A DNA stretch of 64,000 bases from Diplonema japonicum (lineage: Eukaryota > Protista > Euglenozoa: Diplonemea): assembly GCA_964019335.1 (NCBI GenBank), contig OZ025674.1, forward strand, positions 186,001 to 250,000, given 5' to 3'. The notes below the pieces were generated by a model. It saw only the letters and a program-made list of their open reading frames with translations, did not search any database and had not been told where the DNA came from. The translations under genes and the position numbers were made by a program. This document shows positions 49,004 through 61,200 of the stretch, piece by piece. The first letter of the stretch is position 1. The number at the start of each line of letters is the position of its first letter.

Positions 49004-50168
49004 ATGTCGATGATTCGCAGGCTGCCCTATCAGACTAAAACACCCCCAAGGTTTCTGGTGAGCGGGTGTGATGAGGGGCTTGTGCCCAAACTGCCGAAAG
49101 CAGTAGGAAGGCCGCCATCAGTCTCCCCCGCTACGGAGGGCGGCCGCGCAATGTCAACTGAGTCGGTGGAATCTGCTCCACGAATACCCCAGTTAGAGCC
49201 AGCCGGAGGCGGGCTGCACCTGCTACCGATTCTGGTGGGGATCATGGTAGGGTTGTACTGCTTCGGGCCGTGCTTTGTCTTTTACCCATTCTATGACAAC
49301 GCGGAGGTGGACTTTAACTATTTAGGTACAAAAGAAAAAAAAAAAAAAAAAAAAAAGAATAAAAAAAAAAAATCAACCCCTCCTCCTACTCAACAGATCT
49401 AAAGAACGAATGTCAATTTTACAGACAACTAACCATGTACAGAAAAGAGATCCACCGGGTGCTAGCAAGGAAATACGCAGGTATCTATCTATCTATCTAT
49501 CTATCTATCTCCCCTTCTTTTTTTTTTTTTTTCAAAAAAAAGAAATCAAAAAAGACACGTTACCCATCAACCGGGGGAAATACATGGCAACATGGGTGGA
49601 CAGATCGGATTTGCAGGATGTTGTGGAGCGACGGATGTCTAGCTTAGTAAAGGAGAACCGGCTGGTGATGAACGCTTTGTTTCGCAAGGCGATCGATGTA
49701 AACGTTGCGAGGGGTGTGATCGAGGACGGGCGTGAGGGCGTGCGGTTAGCAAAGAAACCCGCCTTTGTGACCGCTGATGTGTTTCTTGTCTACGATGCAG
49801 AGACAGCGTCAGAGCTGTGGACAACCGCGTTGTGGGAAGTTGTGCTTTGGTGTGTGTTCCCCGCCGTCCTTGCCTATGGGGTATATTGTGCGTTTTCCCT
49901 TATCGCTGTGGACCACCATGTTGAACAGGTTCTTTATGATGCGATTTGCCGGACGCTTCTAAAGGAAGGGCCTCTCCCCCCTGAGGCGTTGTATGCTCTT
50001 GTTGCAGTCTCTCTGGAGCCGAGGGTTGCAAAACAGCAAATCGCAGACATGTGGCCTTCCCCAGGGCTCCCCCTCGGCGTCATTGAAACCCGCTTGCGAG
50101 AGGATGCAAACATCAGCTATGCAAGCACTGGCAGCCATGATGGTCTTATCATTAGCTATCTAGAGTAA
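49004..50168 (+). CDS. Two-TM membrane protein, possibly Man1/Src1(LEM2)-like; 3 exons, ~339 aa
   Basis: Introns 49326-49396 and 49481-49554 give a continuous frame (YL|DLKNEC...KYA|DTLPINRG). Topology is TM-lumen-TM, then a helical C-terminus with MW...IETRLREDANI. Confidence 0.7.
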
Positions 50169-50273
50169 TTTTTTTTTTTTTTTTTTTCTTTCCTGAGAAA
50201 AAAAAAAAAAAAAAAAAAAAAAAAGGAAAGGGAGGACACACAGGGTGTTGTATGATGCAAGAAAGCTGTCAGA

Positions 50274-50576
50274 ATGGCGACACCTGAGGCACCGAATGCC
50301 ACGTTGACTGAACCTGTGGAAGGGGGTGGTGACAGCGATGGTATCCCGTGGTATTACGTGGTTGCTCCTTTGCTGTGCTTGTTGTGCATTTGTCTGGGAT
50401 TAATCATTATTTGGTGTCGGTCGGGACGGACCCGGCAAGGCGTTCACCCTGTCTTCAGCAGTGACATATGCAAAGCGGAGAATGAAACAGAAATTGGTAA
50501 GATAGCTGATGTGCCTCCGATCTTTACTTTTTCGCCGCCTTCAGAAAACGCTCGTGATGATAATAATAGTGAGTGA
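50274..50576 (+). CDS. Small single-pass membrane protein, 100 aa
   Basis: Acidic N-terminus with an NAT sequon, TM IPWYYVVAPLLCLLCICLGLIIIWC, basic stop-transfer RSGRTR. Confidence 0.65.
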   Translation: MATPEAPNATLTEPVEGGGDSDGIPWYYVVAPLLCLLCICLGLIIIWCRSGRTRQGVHPVFSSDICKAENETEIGKIADVPPIFTFSPPSENARDDNNSE

Positions 50577-51097
50577 GATACATAGAGAGAGAGAGAGAGA
50601 GCGAGAATCGTGTTTTTTCAAACACGAATAAAATTTCTTTACTAGAAAACTATCTCGTTGGCCCTTTTTTTAAATGTCGTTTCTTTTTTTTATTTTTTAT
50701 TTTTTTTATTGTTACAAATATTTTTATCTTTTTTCAAAAAGGAAAAAAAAAAAAAAAAATATGATTTTGTAACTTGTGTGCCGAGCAAAAAAAAAAAGAG
50801 GAAACTTTCGCACGTTTTTTAAAAAACCTTTTCTTTTTTTTCTTCTTTTTTTTTGCTCGTGCGAGCAAAAAGACAGATAGTCATAAAGAATCATTATTTT
50901 TTTATATGTGGTAAACCCCTATCGTTTTGAGTAAGAGGGGGGTGGGGGGGGGGGGGGGCAAAAGGTAAAAAAAAGATCCACAGAAGTAAAATCCTTACTC
51001 GGCACAAAAGAGAAAAAAAAATAATAATAATGCAAGTTTATATTGTTATTTAACCACACGCATTTGAATTATTATTAAAATTTTCCGTAGTTTTTAA

Positions 51098-52389
51098 CCA
51101 CTAAAGGACCGGGGGTTTTGGCGAAAAAAGTGCCAAGGACCGTCTATTTACGAACCCGGAAAAAAAAAATGCGAGAGTTTAACCATAGGAAAGTACACTA
51201 TACCCTTTAAAAAGCACGTGACCCAGGGGGTAAAAAAAACAGTTTATTTTTCATGCAGGGGGGCTTGCTTAGTGTTCATACGGGGTCGGGAGAGGAAATA
51301 TACGACAAAGTACTGAGCATCACGAGCGACCTTGCTCAACCCCCCACTTTTTTTTTTCCCCACAGATGTCGATTTTCTTCCAACATTGGGTCCTGGCGGA
51401 CGCTGGAGCCTTTGAGGTTTTTTTTTTTCAAGCGTCCCCAGAATTGTCGTCAGGGTAGTCATTTTTTGTATGAAAAATCTCAAAGCACTCAGGGCACAGG
51501 GCAACATTGCACGTTTTGCAGGTGTAAAATTGTTTTTTTTTTTGATTTTTGGCACAGCTTTGAGGTGAATTTCATACTATAGGCAAAGTCGTAGAGATTA
51601 AAGGCAAAACTATAGGCGAAGCCGAAAAGGTTAACACGGGTTTAGTACGGCCGTGCCACAAGAGGAACCGGATGCTGTCCAGAGTACACCTTAAAGCCAT
51701 AGCGCTTGCGTTTAGCTGTCGAAAAACGCTGTGCTTAAGGCGGGAGAAGGAGCGAATCAATGCTCAGCCCTTGACCGGGGGTGGTATGCAGCTTTCCAGC
51801 TGGGGGAGTCCGGGAATGCAGCATCTCCACTTTTGATAGTGTCCCGTTGCCCTGTGAGCCAAAGTGGACACAACATATCTCTTCCTTTGTAGGCCAGCAG
51901 TCCTTGACGCCCGCCCTGCAGACTTCGTCCATCAAGGCGGGCAGAACCCAGACGGCGATCCAGGTGTTCAGTTGTACCACGTCTGCGTCGAATGTGGTGC
52001 CCTTGGATGTGGCATACACCTTCGAACAGCTGATAATGGACCTCAGCAAGCTGTTTGTGATAAACAAACAGAAGAGTTGTAGCCTATCCATGTTGCTGTT
52101 CGATGTTGCTGGACCCCTGTACCCATGTCACTTCCCCCAGCGCACACCACCCTCATCTGAGGTGGTGCTGGAGTTGGAAGAAGCACTTCAGAAGCTGCTC
52201 TCAAGTACTAAGTACAAAAGGACACCAAGCAACCCCCTTGGGGACGGGTTTTTGTGTTTGTTCTTCGCGCAAAAGGGTATTTCAAATAAAAAAAAATCGC
52301 GGAACAATGGGTCTTAGTAAAGTCCAAAGTGTCACATAGAAAAGATAATTTTTCTTAAGGACACATATGTCCTCATGGTCCTTTAGTGG
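51098..52389 (-). mobile_element. Decayed piggyBac transposon, 1,292 bp
   Basis: TTAA at 51094-51097 and 52390-52393. 13-bp TIRs CCACTAAAGGACC / GGTCCTTTAGTGG. Subterminal palindrome AGGACACATATGTCCT. Transposase remnant on the - strand. Confidence 0.9.
51680..52091 (-). pseudogene. piggyBac (DDE_Tnp_1_7-type) transposase remnant
   Basis: LQLFCLFITNSLLRSIISCSKVYA...LNTWIA...KDCW, then PGQGLSID (first catalytic D), then after a frameshift AKRKRYGFKVY. Confidence 0.8.
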
Positions 52390-52496
52390 TTAAAAGCAAT
52401 AAATTTTCAAATGTACAAATTGATGTGAGCAAAGTAAAAAATCTTTGTTATGCGTTTCAAACCTCTTTTTAAAAAAAAAAAAAGAAATGCGGTAAA

Positions 52497-52720
52497 CATA
52501 GCCTACACGTTATACCGATACCAATCAGGTATTTTAATCAGTTCGGGTATTTAAATAGTGCAAAATTGGCCTGGGCGCAGAGGTCCTCTGTACCCCCGCA
52601 GATGTCGAGATGGGTTCGGGTCGATAAAATTAAAAATTGAACATGGTCATGGTAAAAATAATGAATTTGATACCGGGTATTTAAAAAATATCAATTTGGT
52701 AACGTTATGCTTGCGTTGTA
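52497..52720. mobile_element. Internally deleted copy of the 5180-6818 hAT-like element
   Basis: Left ~118 bp match 5180-5298 (CATAGCCTACACGTTATACCGATACC...). Then segments matching ~6585-6610 and ~6751-6805. Right TIR truncated. Confidence 0.88.
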
Positions 52721-52978
52721 AAATAAGAAAAATAAAAAGATAAAAACTGCAAAGTGCACCACCAAACATCCCCCCCCCCCGTCTTTCTCACTTTTCCCTT
52801 TTCCCCATTGGAGTAGTTACTTTCCGTCCCGCCTCCCTTCCCCCTTTCTTCAAGCCTCATCTGTAACAAACTTCTTTCTCTTTTTTATGCTCGAGAAGTA
52901 CCCGCTCTGTTGTAAAAAAAGAACTTTTCAAAAAAAAAAAAAAAAAAAAAGAGAATTTCAACAAAAAAAAAATGAAAC

Positions 52979-54571
52979 ATGAGTGAGATAAGTGTAGAAA
53001 AGTCCGAACCCGTCGAGCAGGCTGTGGAGGGTGTTGAGGGCTATCAGAACGATGCTGACGACACCACAGTACGGGCGGCCCTTACGTCTGGTGAATGGAT
53101 ACGACTGATAGAACCGGGCAGCAAGAAGTTTTACTACTATTCTGCCGAGAGCGGGCTCTCTGTGTGGAACCTGAAGGAAGAGCTAGCCAAACGCCAGCGG
53201 GCCAAAGCAGACCCTGCCGTCGAACGAGCCATCAAAAGCGGTGAATGGAAGCAGGCCTTCGACACCGATAGCAAGCAGCCTTACTTCTTTCACGTTAAAA
53301 CGAGAAAAGTGTGCTGGGAGCTAACCCCCGAGGACATCGTACTGCCCAGCGAGCAGGGAGACGTTGACGACAAACCAAGCGAAGGTGATGGTGGTGAAGA
53401 AGAACAAGAAGAAGACATTCCTCCGCCCTTACCCGATTTCGATGTTTCCCTTCCAGGATCCGAGCGAGCGAAGGCCGCACTGGACGACGGGAGCTGGACC
53501 TATGGGATCGATAGGTTGAAACTGGGGTACTTCCGCGAGAGGCACACAGGCAGAACGGTTCGAGACCTGCGTGCAGAGATGGCACAGCTGGAGGCGGAGG
53601 AACGCTTCGCCAAGATGCTCGAAGAACAGGACGTGCTCGATGAGCTGCAGCTCCTGGAGGCCATCAACTTGGAAGAGGCTTCAGAAGCAGAAACACAACA
53701 ACCTGAAGACACACCAAAGGAACCCGAACAAGGAGAAGAACCCACACACACCGAGGAGCCTTCTGTAGCACCGAGCGAATCGATGCCACCCGCACCCCTT
53801 GAGGACAAGCAACCTGTAAAGTTGGAAGAACTTGACCCCCCAGAGTACCCTGAAGAGTCTGCTGCATGGGAGGCTGTGCCGGTTGAACTCAAAAACAGAC
53901 CTGCAGTGGAAAAGACAGTCGAGTGGGAACCGAAAATAATGGTGCCTGACTTCAGCAAGCTTCCTAAAGGTGAGGTGGCAAACCCTATGAAGGCGGTCGA
54001 TGATCTACGTGCGATGGCGCTGGAGATGGCGGAGGAGGAGGCGGAGCTGGACTTCAAACCGGGGTACATGAAGAAGAGAGAGCGTGCAAAGTACAGTGCG
54101 AAGGAGAAGTGGGCCGGCATCACGTTTGCAACAGAGGACATGGGCGCTGCCATGGAGGTCGCGAAGCAGAGAACAGAGTTGAGAGAGAAAGTAGAAGGCC
54201 AGCTTGTGGAATTGAAGGAAGAGCACGGCAGGATGGCCGAAGAAATTTCTGCACGAACCTTGGAGCCTCCTGTGGCACCGCCACCACCCTCGAACCCCAT
54301 TCTGGATCAGCTCCCTCCTGGCGATCCTTCTTTGATACCACCCTCTGGAGCGTCGCCCCGCTTCTCTAACCCCCTCCCTCCTCCTTACCAAACTGTGCCT
54401 TTCCAGGGATTCACGGCACCCCCTCCTTATGAGGGTGACTCATTCATGCTGCCGCCTGACAGACCGGCATCGCCCACGAAGTCACCTGTGGTAGGGCTGA
54501 AGTGGGTCCCGACTGCGAAGCGAAGACGTTTTGTTGCGAACGATACTCCTCTAGACTTTGTATCTGTGTAA
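52979..54571 (+). CDS. WW-domain-containing acidic/proline-rich protein, 530 aa
   Basis: Three WW-like units (GEWIRL...FYYY...SVW; GEWKQ...PYFF...VCW; GSWTY...GYF). Coiled coil and Pro-rich tail with PPPY/PPY motifs. The 3' end may be spliced further. Confidence 0.85.
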   Translation: MSEISVEKSEPVEQAVEGVEGYQNDADDTTVRAALTSGEWIRLIEPGSKKFYYYSAESGLSVWNLKEELAKRQRAKADPAVERAIKSGEWKQAFDTDSKQPYFFHVKTRKVCWELTPEDIVLPSEQGDVDDKPSEGDGGEEEQEEDIPPPLPDFDVSLPGSERAKAALDDGSWTYGIDRLKLGYFRERHTGRTVRDLRAEMAQLEAEERFAKMLEEQDVLDELQLLEAINLEEASEAETQQPEDTPKEPEQGEEPTHTEEPSVAPSESMPPAPLEDKQPVKLEELDPPEYPEESAAWEAVPVELKNRPAVEKTVEWEPKIMVPDFSKLPKGEVANPMKAVDDLRAMALEMAEEEAELDFKPGYMKKRERAKYSAKEKWAGITFATEDMGAAMEVAKQRTELREKVEGQLVELKEEHGRMAEEISARTLEPPVAPPPPSNPILDQLPPGDPSLIPPSGASPRFSNPLPPPYQTVPFQGFTAPPPYEGDSFMLPPDRPASPTKSPVVGLKWVPTAKRRRFVANDTPLDFVSV

Positions 54572-55004
54572 TGTGTTACGCCCCATACCTCTAAAACCCC
54601 GTCTGGTCAATCCTGAACTTGCTTTAAGGGGCAATTCTCAGGAGAGGACCCCCCTTTCAACTTTCTACCTCGGAAAAACCAATTGTCAAGAGAAACAGAT
54701 CGTTTTTTCAATCATTGAAGAGAGCCGCGAAACGAGTTCATTGCGGCCCTTGCCTTGAAGAACAGCAATATTCTGTGTCCTCCTAACGGAAGGGGTACCA
54801 GGGGTACCAGACGGGTTTTAGAGATAACAGGGTGCCAAAAAAAAAAAAAAAAAAAAAGAATAGGGGCGATTATTTCCCCCCTCTCCAGTATAGTTCATAG
54901 TTTGTATACTTTTGTTTTGTTTGTTTTTGTCTCTATTTTATTTTTTTCCCTTGTTCTCGCTTTTTGCCTCTTCTCAGCAGCAATGGTTCATCCCTTCAGG
55001 GCTC

Positions 55005-55223
55005 ATGTCGGCTTCATCTCTCATCCCGCGAGAAGCCACAGAACCCACCACGCCTTACGACACCTTAGTAGAAAAGCTCGAGGAAGTCGAACAGCTGCCT
55101 GTAGACTACAGCATGGGAGACAGGTGGCTGCGTGAGGCTGGATTAGAGCCCGATGACGAGGCTGTGCGGGTGTTCTGTCACGCGATAGGGGTCCTCGTGC
55201 ACAAGGGTAGAGCAAGTGAGTAG
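55005..55223 (+). CDS. Possible small ORF or terminal exon (MSASSLIPRE...GRASE)
   Basis: Coding-like island after a T-rich tract and CAG acceptor (~54977). No recognisable motif. Confidence 0.3.
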   Translation: MSASSLIPREATEPTTPYDTLVEKLEEVEQLPVDYSMGDRWLREAGLEPDDEAVRVFCHAIGVLVHKGRASE

Positions 55224-55299
55224 CGTTTTCTTCGTTTTTATTGTTCTGGAAACCTTTTGTATCTATTCACCATAGGTCACCCCACCCCATGACCATCAC

Positions 55300-58200
55300 A
55301 TGGCAGGCCTTGTGTCTCTGGTCGTATTCTCGCTGGCCTACTGCCCTTATAATGACCTCACCACGCCGCCTGCTGCAGTATCCTCAGGCGTGAACTGCAG
55401 TACCGATGGGGATGTGGCTGAAGGAGCTACTTGTAACCATGTTGTCGAAGGCTACACGTGCAACACTGTGACGTGTGCTTCTTCTGTGTGGTCTGGCACG
55501 GCGCCTTGTGTAGGTGACACGTGCTCAGGAGGGCCTGCTGTTGCGTCAACTGGAGTCGACTACACTAGCTGCAACAGGAAAACGACGGGAGAATACTGCG
55601 ATCTCAGTTGCCTTGCAGGGTACAAAAAGGTGGACGGGGCGCTGTTCATCCTCACCTGCATTGGTACCAAGTACAGCGACATCAGTGGTGTCGTGTGCCT
55701 CCCTGTGTGCGCTACTCTGTCTGACCAAGGTCCGATGCACGATGAGTTATCATGTGCCGGGCTTGTGGAAGGTGCGACTTGCAACGTGCGATGCGCTACA
55801 GGATATACAGGCGGCACTGCACTGTACGTCTGCACCACTGGCGGGCAGGAACCTGTTCTATCTAGCGGACAAGCGAACCCTGTCTGCAACGCAAACTCGT
55901 GTAACGCTGTGGCCCTGCCCGTGGAAGCTGCCAACTATACGTCTTGCTTTTCCCTCTCCACGGGAAGTGTCTGTACCCCGACGTGTGTTGCGGGCTACAG
56001 CCAGTCTCTCGGTGGCTCCTTTCCCCTTACCTGCGACCCAAACGGCGTGTTCGACGACAGCAGTGGGATTGTGTGTCTCCCCAACCCCTGCAGTCTCGGG
56101 GCGTCAAACGCCTCGCCCAACGTAAACTACACGCAGTGCAACAAGCTATCGTCGGGGGACAGCTGCACCCCGTCATGCACATCCGGCTTCATCACCACTA
56201 GCCCTGCCAGCTTCAGCCTCGTGTGTGTCGGCAACATCTACACCGACACCTCCAACATGGCGTGCGAAGCTGCTGACATATGCCAAGCACCCCGAAACCC
56301 AGATCCCAACGCAAACTACGCGCCTTGTAGCAACGTACTGGAGGGGAGCCCATGCATACCCACCTGCAAGCCTGGGTATGAGAGGACACTCACGCCCTTC
56401 ACGTTGGTTTGTGATGGTGGTGGAGTGTACGATGACCCTGGCAGCTGTGTGCCTGTAGCATGTGTCGGTGGCGTAGTGAACCCAGCAATGCATGTCGACT
56501 ACACACCATGTACTAGGCTGAGGAGCGGTAGCGTGTGTGAACCTGAGTGCATGGAAGGGTACGTGAAAGAAGACAGTACTGGGTTCACTCTTCAATGTCC
56601 AGGGGGCGTCTTCACCGACTACTCGGGGACACTGTGTGTGGTGGCCAACTGCAGTGTGCCGAGAAACCCACACCCTCTTGCTGACTACAGTACCTGTATA
56701 GGCCTCCGGACAGGCCAATCATGCTCGCCTGTTTGTACTCCTGGATATGACACTGTTGGCGTAGCGCCATTTGACATGACTTGCGACGCTAAAGATGGAA
56801 GCTATTCCGACGAGTCGGGTCTGTCATGTGTTGGGCTGCCGTGCACGAAAGGCCCATCGAGCTCTGCAATGAGTGCTTCCTACGACACATGCAATGACCT
56901 GGTATCGGGGGAGTTATGTGTGCCCAGCTGTCTGAAGGGCTTCACATTAGTGTCGGCTGACCCGTTCAACATAACATGCGTCGATGGAAGCTACGCAGAT
57001 GCGTCGCATGTGGTTTGCGAGGCAACGTTGTGTGCGCTTGGTGCCTCGAACCCCACAAAGGATGTGAACTACACAGTGTGCATGGAGCGCTCGACGGGAG
57101 ATGTCTGTACACCGACGTGTAGAAACGGGTTCTCGGTTCCACAAGGTGTTGTAGTACGCGCCGTCGAGCTACTGTGTGACGAAGGAGCGTTCCTGGACAC
57201 CTCTGGCGTGACGTGCGAGAGCGGGCTGTGCACTGCAGGCCCTGTGGCACCGTCGCCCAACGTGGATTACTCGCCTTGCAGCTCAAAGCGGTCAGGTGAG
57301 ACGTGTGATCCAACTTGCCTCTTGGGCTTCAGTATCGACGGCACCAGCAACGCCTTCGAGCTGACCTGCGACGGCCTGCTTTACGAAGACCATGCGGACA
57401 TCGTGTGTGCGCCTGAGGCGTGTGGCAACGGCCCCACGAACCCCAACGCTTTGGTGAACTATACCACATGCAACTCCTTAAGATCTGGTGACACGTGCTC
57501 GCCTGACTGCAACTTAGGCTACGTCCCTTTCACAGGCAATCCATTTGTTTTGACATGTGTGGGCGGGCGGTACACAGACAAGTCGGGGAGGACCTGCCGG
57601 CCGACACCCTGCAGTACACCAGTTAACCCCAGCCTCAATGTGAACTACACGTCATGCACGGGGCTGAGCACCGGGGGTTCGTGCACGCCGCTCTGCGACA
57701 AGGGGTTCACCAAGGTGTCAGGCACTGGCTTTGTAGTGGACTGCGGGATCAGTGGGAGCTATATGGATGAGTCAGGTGTTCTATGTGAAGCCAACTTGTG
57801 TTCACATGGCCCAGCGGACCCGACTCCCCTTTTGGACTACACATCGTGCAACTCCAAAGTCTCAGGTGAGGTGTGTGCCCCGACGTGTCCCGACGCCTAC
57901 GACATGAGCACCAGCGGCTCTTTCAAGCTTGCGTGTGTTGAACGGCAATACGAAGACCTGTCCAATGTAACATGTATCCCTGCAGCATGCAACAGTGTAA
58001 AGCAAGCAAGGTCGCATGTGAACTATTCAACGTGTGATGCTAAAGCTAGCGGGACCACGTGCACCCCCACGTGTATGCATGGGTACCGTGTGTCTTCGCA
58101 AACCACCGACATGGTCATATCCTGCACTAGGAGTGACCGCTCATATGAAGACACCTCAGCAACTGTCTGCACGGAGGGCACTTGTCGGCAGGGCCCTCGT

Positions 58201-61200
58201 ACCCCGAGTCCCAACGTCGTGTATGCTGACTGCGACCTTCTGAATACAGGCGCTGTGTGCACATTGTCATGCGCTGAAGGCTACGACGCTAACACATTCA
58301 CTCCCTTTGTGCTGCTGTGTGATGACGAAAGGTACATTGACACCTCTGGTATCGTGTGCACACCACAGGTGTGTTCTGGTGGACCATCGAACCCTGCGCC
58401 ACACGCTGACTATTCATCTTGCACTGCGCTCAGAACATCCGAAACATGTAAACCGACATGTGCACAGGGCACCTTGCAGTCCTCAGGTGCGCCGTTCGTA
58501 GTGTCCTGTGCTGGTGGCACATACATAGACACCTCAGGCATAGCATGCGAACCTTTTAGCTGTGCGAATGGACCAAGCAACCCTGGGCAAGACATTGACT
58601 ACACGTCTTGCAACGCCAAGCGCACTGGTGACACTTGTATTCCCACGTGCAGGGGTGGTACGATACCCATCGCCGGTAGCTCGTTCTCTCTCGTGTGCAT
58701 CAACGACACCTATTCTGATGTGTCGGGGCTCATGTGCACTACGTATAATGGAGAGTGTGTGCAGCACGGTGAAAAATGTGCCGTTGCTGGGCAGTCTTGC
58801 ACGGATCCATCTAGTGCACCCAATGATTGGATGTGTGAGTGCGTTGCTCCATACAGTGGCACTCCTATGACTATGGGTCATGCCACCTGCTTTCTTGATG
58901 AGTGCACTGCGACATGCGCTACTTGTGCTGGCTCCGCATGCCCCGCTGCGCAGCACTGCGTCGACTCCGACATGGACGTAGAGGCGACCGCTGACTGGAA
59001 GTGCGTGTGTCTCTCCCCGGCAATGGGCTCGGAGACAGCAGCCGCTGCTGTGTGTATCCTCGATGAGTGCACCCAAACACGTTCCAGGATAATGTGCCTG
59101 AGTTCCGGGCAGGCATGCCACGACCCCGACCTCACGAGCACAGACAACTGGTTGTGTCGGTGTGTTGACCCTGCCATTGGTGAGGCAGTGGGGGCGCCAG
59201 CTGGGTGCGCATACCCCGGTGAGTGCGCGGCTAACAGCGTCGTGTGTACGCAGGCAGGACAGACATGTGTCGACCCCAGCGAGCTTGCTGACGACTGGAA
59301 GTGTGACTGCGTACTTCCGGAAACGGGCACGTCTCGTGTTGGTGCGCCCGCGTCGTGTGCTATGGATGAGTGCTCGCCAGATCCATGCGGCGCCAGGCAG
59401 ACATGCATTGACCCCAACACATCCATAGCAAGCAGTAATGACTATATTTGCTCGTGCCCCACTCCTGTGGTAAACAGCTCCATTGGTAGCAAGGCCACGT
59501 GCATGGAGGACGAGTGCATCGTGCACGCTGCAATTTGCAGCGATGTTGGGCAGCGATGTGTGGATGAAAACCGGCTCACTTACGATGATTGGGAATGTCG
59601 CTGCGCTGGCTCGGGCGTTGGTTCTGCCATCGCAGGTATGGCAACGTGTGCTTACTCAGGCGAATGTGAGACAAAGGCACATATATGCACCTCGCAAGGG
59701 CAGTTTTGCCAGAACCCGAACACTGCTGTTGCAAACGGTTGGACTTGCAACTGTATGGACACGGCCCTCGGGCATGCAGTCGCTCAAGCAGCCACATGCG
59801 AACTTGACGAATGCACCGCTTCGTGCCCCACATGTGCGAATGACACCTGTTCCTCTGCCAGCCAAGCTTGTATCGATCCAAAGAAGGGGTCGACCACTCT
59901 GAACGACTGGATGTGTGCGTGCCAGATACCCACGAAAGGCACTGCAGTAACGGCAGTGGCTCTGTGTGAATATGATGAGTGCACTCAGCATGCATATCTT
60001 TGCGAGGCGGCTGGCCAGCTTTGTGAGGACTTCAATACATCAATTACAAGCTTGAACACTTGGCAGTGCGTATGCAAGCCGCCGAAGGTTGGTGCAGAGT
60101 TTGGCAAGCTGGCAGATTGCAGGTTTTCTGGGGAATGCGTTGCCAACCACAAAACGTGCACCGATGTAGGCCAGACGTGCGTAGACCCGTCGAGCACGAC
60201 ACTTAATGACTGGCGGTGTGAGTGCCTTCCTCCTCAAAGTGGGCCCAACAGCACAGCTTCGCCCGCATCATGTATCTTGGATGAGTGTCTGACGAATACC
60301 TGCGGCCCCTTTCAGGCATGCACAGACACCAACACATCGATTACTTCCAGCGGCGATTTTTACTGCAACTGCACTATCGGGGAGGGCTCTGCTGTTGGTG
60401 GTGCTGCTGTTTGCATTTTAGACGAATGTGCTAATGTCGAAAACCTTATGACATGCATAAATGCGGGACAAGAGTGCGTGGACGAAACACCTGTGGCCAC
60501 GAGCACGAACGACTGGATGTGCAGATGCATGCACAACGTTAGTGGTGAAGCCGTTGCAAGGGCCGCTACTTGCGCCTATGTCGGCGAGTGCATTCTGCAG
60601 CACACCACCTGTCAACCTGGGCAGACTTGTATTGACCCTAACATCTCAGTTACGGGTGACTGGTCTTGCGTTGGTGGACACTTTGATGAATGTAGTGTGC
60701 ACTTGTCTCTATGTTCTAAAAGCGACCAAGGTTGCGTTGACCCCAACCCCACTGTGTCGTCCCTCGACGACTGGGAATGTGAGTGCGTGTTACCTCTCAC
60801 AGGGACTGCCCTGAAGTCTGTGGCCACATGCGGCAGAGATGAATGCATGTCTTCCGGTCTTTTGTGCGCACAGAAGTTGCAGTCTTGCGTCGACCCCGAC
60901 CCGACTGAAGCATCTCTCGACGACTGGCAGTGTGAGTGCATCCCACCTGCTGTCGGTTCACCGGGCATCGGGAGCCACGCCAACTGTGCATTAGATGAGT
61001 GTGCTGGGAATACTGTGTGCTCGCAACACGGGCAGATGTGTGCCGACCCTGTACCCGACCCGATAAACACGGGGGACTGGCAGTGCAGCTGCGGTGCTCA
61101 CAGTGTGGGCTCTCCAGCAACCGCATCGCCAGCCATATGCACCCCCATGTGTACTGCTGGAGAGAAGCATGGCTACAACGTCTCATGCCCCAGCGGCCAG

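Noticed and set aside
51781-52317. 178-aa + strand ORF inside the piggyBac
   Set aside because: The opposite strand carries the transposase motifs, so this is likely a shadow ORF.
54560-54790. Possible extra intron/exons extending the WW gene
   Set aside because: A GTATCT donor exists, but no acceptor gave a convincing continuation; left unresolved.
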